This document shows, piece after piece, positions 62,814 through 64,000 of a DNA stretch of 64,000 nucleotides (within the stretch, counting starts at the first letter, position 1; each line of letters opens with the position of its first letter). Origin of the DNA: Clostridia bacterium (lineage in GTDB: Bacteria; Bacillota; Clostridia; Oscillospirales; CAG-272); NCBI GenBank assembly GCA_017461365.1, contig JAFTYG010000008.1, positions 81,908 to 145,907 on the forward strand. The letters run 5' to 3'. The position numbers and the translations under genes were made by a program. The notes below the pieces were generated by a model, which saw only the letters and a program-made list of their open reading frames with translations, did no database searches and was not told the DNA's origin.

Positions 62814-63751
62814 TACTTTATCAACCTGACCTCTCTCTCAAGCGTTACGCCGAAACGCTCGTAAACGGCGGATACTATTTTTTCTTCAAGCTCTGACACG
62901 TCAGCCGCCGTAGCGCCTCCGACGTTTATAATGAAGCCCGCGTGCTTTTTTGAGACCTCCGCGCCTCCGACTCGCAAGCCCTTGAGTCCGCAATCCTCGA
63001 TGAGCTTTCCCGCAAAATGTCCCTCGGGGCGCTTGAAGTAACTGCCCGCGCTCGGAAATTCGAGGGGCTGTTTTTCGCGTCTTTGAACTGCGAGGGAACG
63101 CATTTTTTCTTTTATCTCGTCTCCGTTACCCGCTGAAAGTCTGAGCTCCGCCGAGAGGCAGACGAGGGAGGGGGAGCGCATATAAACGCTGTCTCGGTAA
63201 GAAAAGCCGTGCTCGGTCAGCGTTAAGGTCTCGCCATTTTCGGTATCGAGGGCGGTGGAGCTGACTGTTACGTCGGACATCTGCCCCCCGTAAGCTCCCG
63301 CATTCATATAGACGGCACCGCCGAGACTTCCGGGGATGCCTTTTGCAAATTCAAGCCCCGTAAGCGAGCCTTCCTCTGCCGCCGTGGCAATTGCCGAGAG
63401 AGAAGCCCCTGCCTCTGCGTAAATGCGGTTACCCTCTACGCGCACGCCGCAAAGCCCTTTTGTAAATATGAATACTCCGTCGAGCTCGCCGTCACCGAAG
63501 AGGATATTTGAGCCGTTGCCGATGACGTAAAATTTTTTGCCCGATCTTTTGATCTTGGATATGCAGAAAACAAGCTCGGAGACACTTTTCGGGAATATTC
63601 CGAGCTCTCCTCTGCCGCCTATTCGAAAGCTTGAATATCCTGAGAGCGGAACGTTCTGTTCGCAGGCAATTTTCGCGTCGACTAGCGTTGAATAAAGGTC
63701 ATTTTTCAAGATTGGTATCTCCTTTTGTGAGGATTTGGTAAATTTCGTCAT
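62813..63751 (-). CDS. murB: UDP-N-acetylenolpyruvoylglucosamine reductase
   Basis: The motifs SFRIGG, GNGSNILF, GAGASL, GIPGSLGGAVYMNAGAYG and SYFKRP are present. The stop overlaps the whiA ATG by 1 nt. The ATG at 63751 overlaps the upstream gene by 53 nt, so an in-frame TTG near 63708 is an alternative start. Confidence 0.9.
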   Translation of the reverse strand: MTKFTKSSQKEIPILKNDLYSTLVDAKIACEQNVPLSGYSSFRIGGRGELGIFPKSVSELVFCISKIKRSGKKFYVIGNGSNILFGDGELDGVFIFTKGLCGVRVEGNRIYAEAGASLSAIATAAEEGSLTGLEFAKGIPGSLGGAVYMNAGAYGGQMSDVTVSSTALDTENGETLTLTEHGFSYRDSVYMRSPSLVCLSAELRLSAGNGDEIKEKMRSLAVQRREKQPLEFPSAGSYFKRPEGHFAGKLIEDCGLKGLRVGGAEVSKKHAGFIINVGGATAADVSELEEKIVSAVYERFGVTLEREVRLIK

Positions 63752-64000
63752 AACTTTTTGCGACGTAGGTTATACTGCCCGCGATATTCTCGGGAGCGGT
63801 CTTTTCCGATGGATTATACCAACAGGTGTCGATGCCAAAATTCACACCGCCCTTAATGTCGGAGGACAGAGAGTCTCCGACGATGACAGTACGTTCCTTG
63901 TCAAAGCCCTCGATGCGGCTTGCGACGTATTCGAAAAATTCCTTCTGCGGCTTTTCGATGCCCACACATTCGGAAATAAACACTCCGTCAAAGCAATCGA
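63699..64000 (-). CDS. HAD-IA hydrolase (YjjG-like), 5' part outside the window
   Basis: The frame stays open to the window edge (DCFDGVFISECVGIEKP...VIVGDSLSSDIKGG). These are HAD motifs III and IV. Confidence 0.7.
   Translation of the reverse strand, partial: DCFDGVFISECVGIEKPQKEFFEYVASRIEGFDKERTVIVGDSLSSDIKGGVNFGIDTCWYNPSEKTAPENIAGSITYVAKSYDEIYQILTKGDTNLEK

Noticed and set aside
1-64000. Prophage, integrative element or defence island
   Set aside because: I recognised no integrase, transposase, recombinase, phage structural gene, restriction-modification gene or cas gene. The only defence-like module is the DinJ-YafQ pair.

Overview
This 64-kb window looks like chromosomal DNA from a Gram-positive anaerobe. 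A Bacillota/Clostridia-like origin is inferred only from gene content: whiA, sepF-yggT-ylmH, rqcH, dgt-dnaG-rpoD and an L-box upstream of dapAB. Most of it is housekeeping. That includes plsX and rnc; a two-gene sufC/sufBD-like pair; alaS, coaW and rqcH; the dgt-dnaG-rpoD operon; dapA-dapB behind a lysine riboswitch; queA and miaA; the ylmE(yggS)-sepF-yggT-ylmH-lspA-rluD block; and whiA and murB. Several HAD hydrolases are scattered through it.

Accessory content:
1. A 14.6-kb, seven-gene, single-strand locus (7.3-22.0 kb). It encodes a 1201-aa secreted solute-binding protein with a ~650-aa non-SBP N-terminal extension and two complete ABC permease pairs. It also encodes a 778-aa NHL-propeller/TPR/Yip1-like membrane protein and a 1443-aa secreted protein of unknown function. 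It has no ATPase, no recognisable glycoside hydrolase and no regulator. This is the best candidate for an uncharacterised system.
2. A GH78 rhamnosidase operon lies divergent from a five-gene biotin-decarboxylase operon. That operon combines an acyl-CoA-type and an oxaloacetate/pyruvate-type carboxyltransferase with Na+-pump beta/gamma subunits. The two are separated by a 3x58 + 3x54 bp tandem repeat array sitting exactly between two near-consensus promoters.
3. A modular, non-coding, ~200-460 bp dispersed repeat family has terminal inverted ends and internal long-range complementarity. Four copies are present, at 22.0, 35.8, 49.9 and 59.2 kb.
4. A small islet between queA and miaA carries a DinJ-YafQ toxin-antitoxin pair and a hypothetical gene.

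I could not recognise any rRNA, tRNA, CRISPR array, transposase or integrase. All family assignments come from motif recognition by eye and need HMM or BLAST confirmation.
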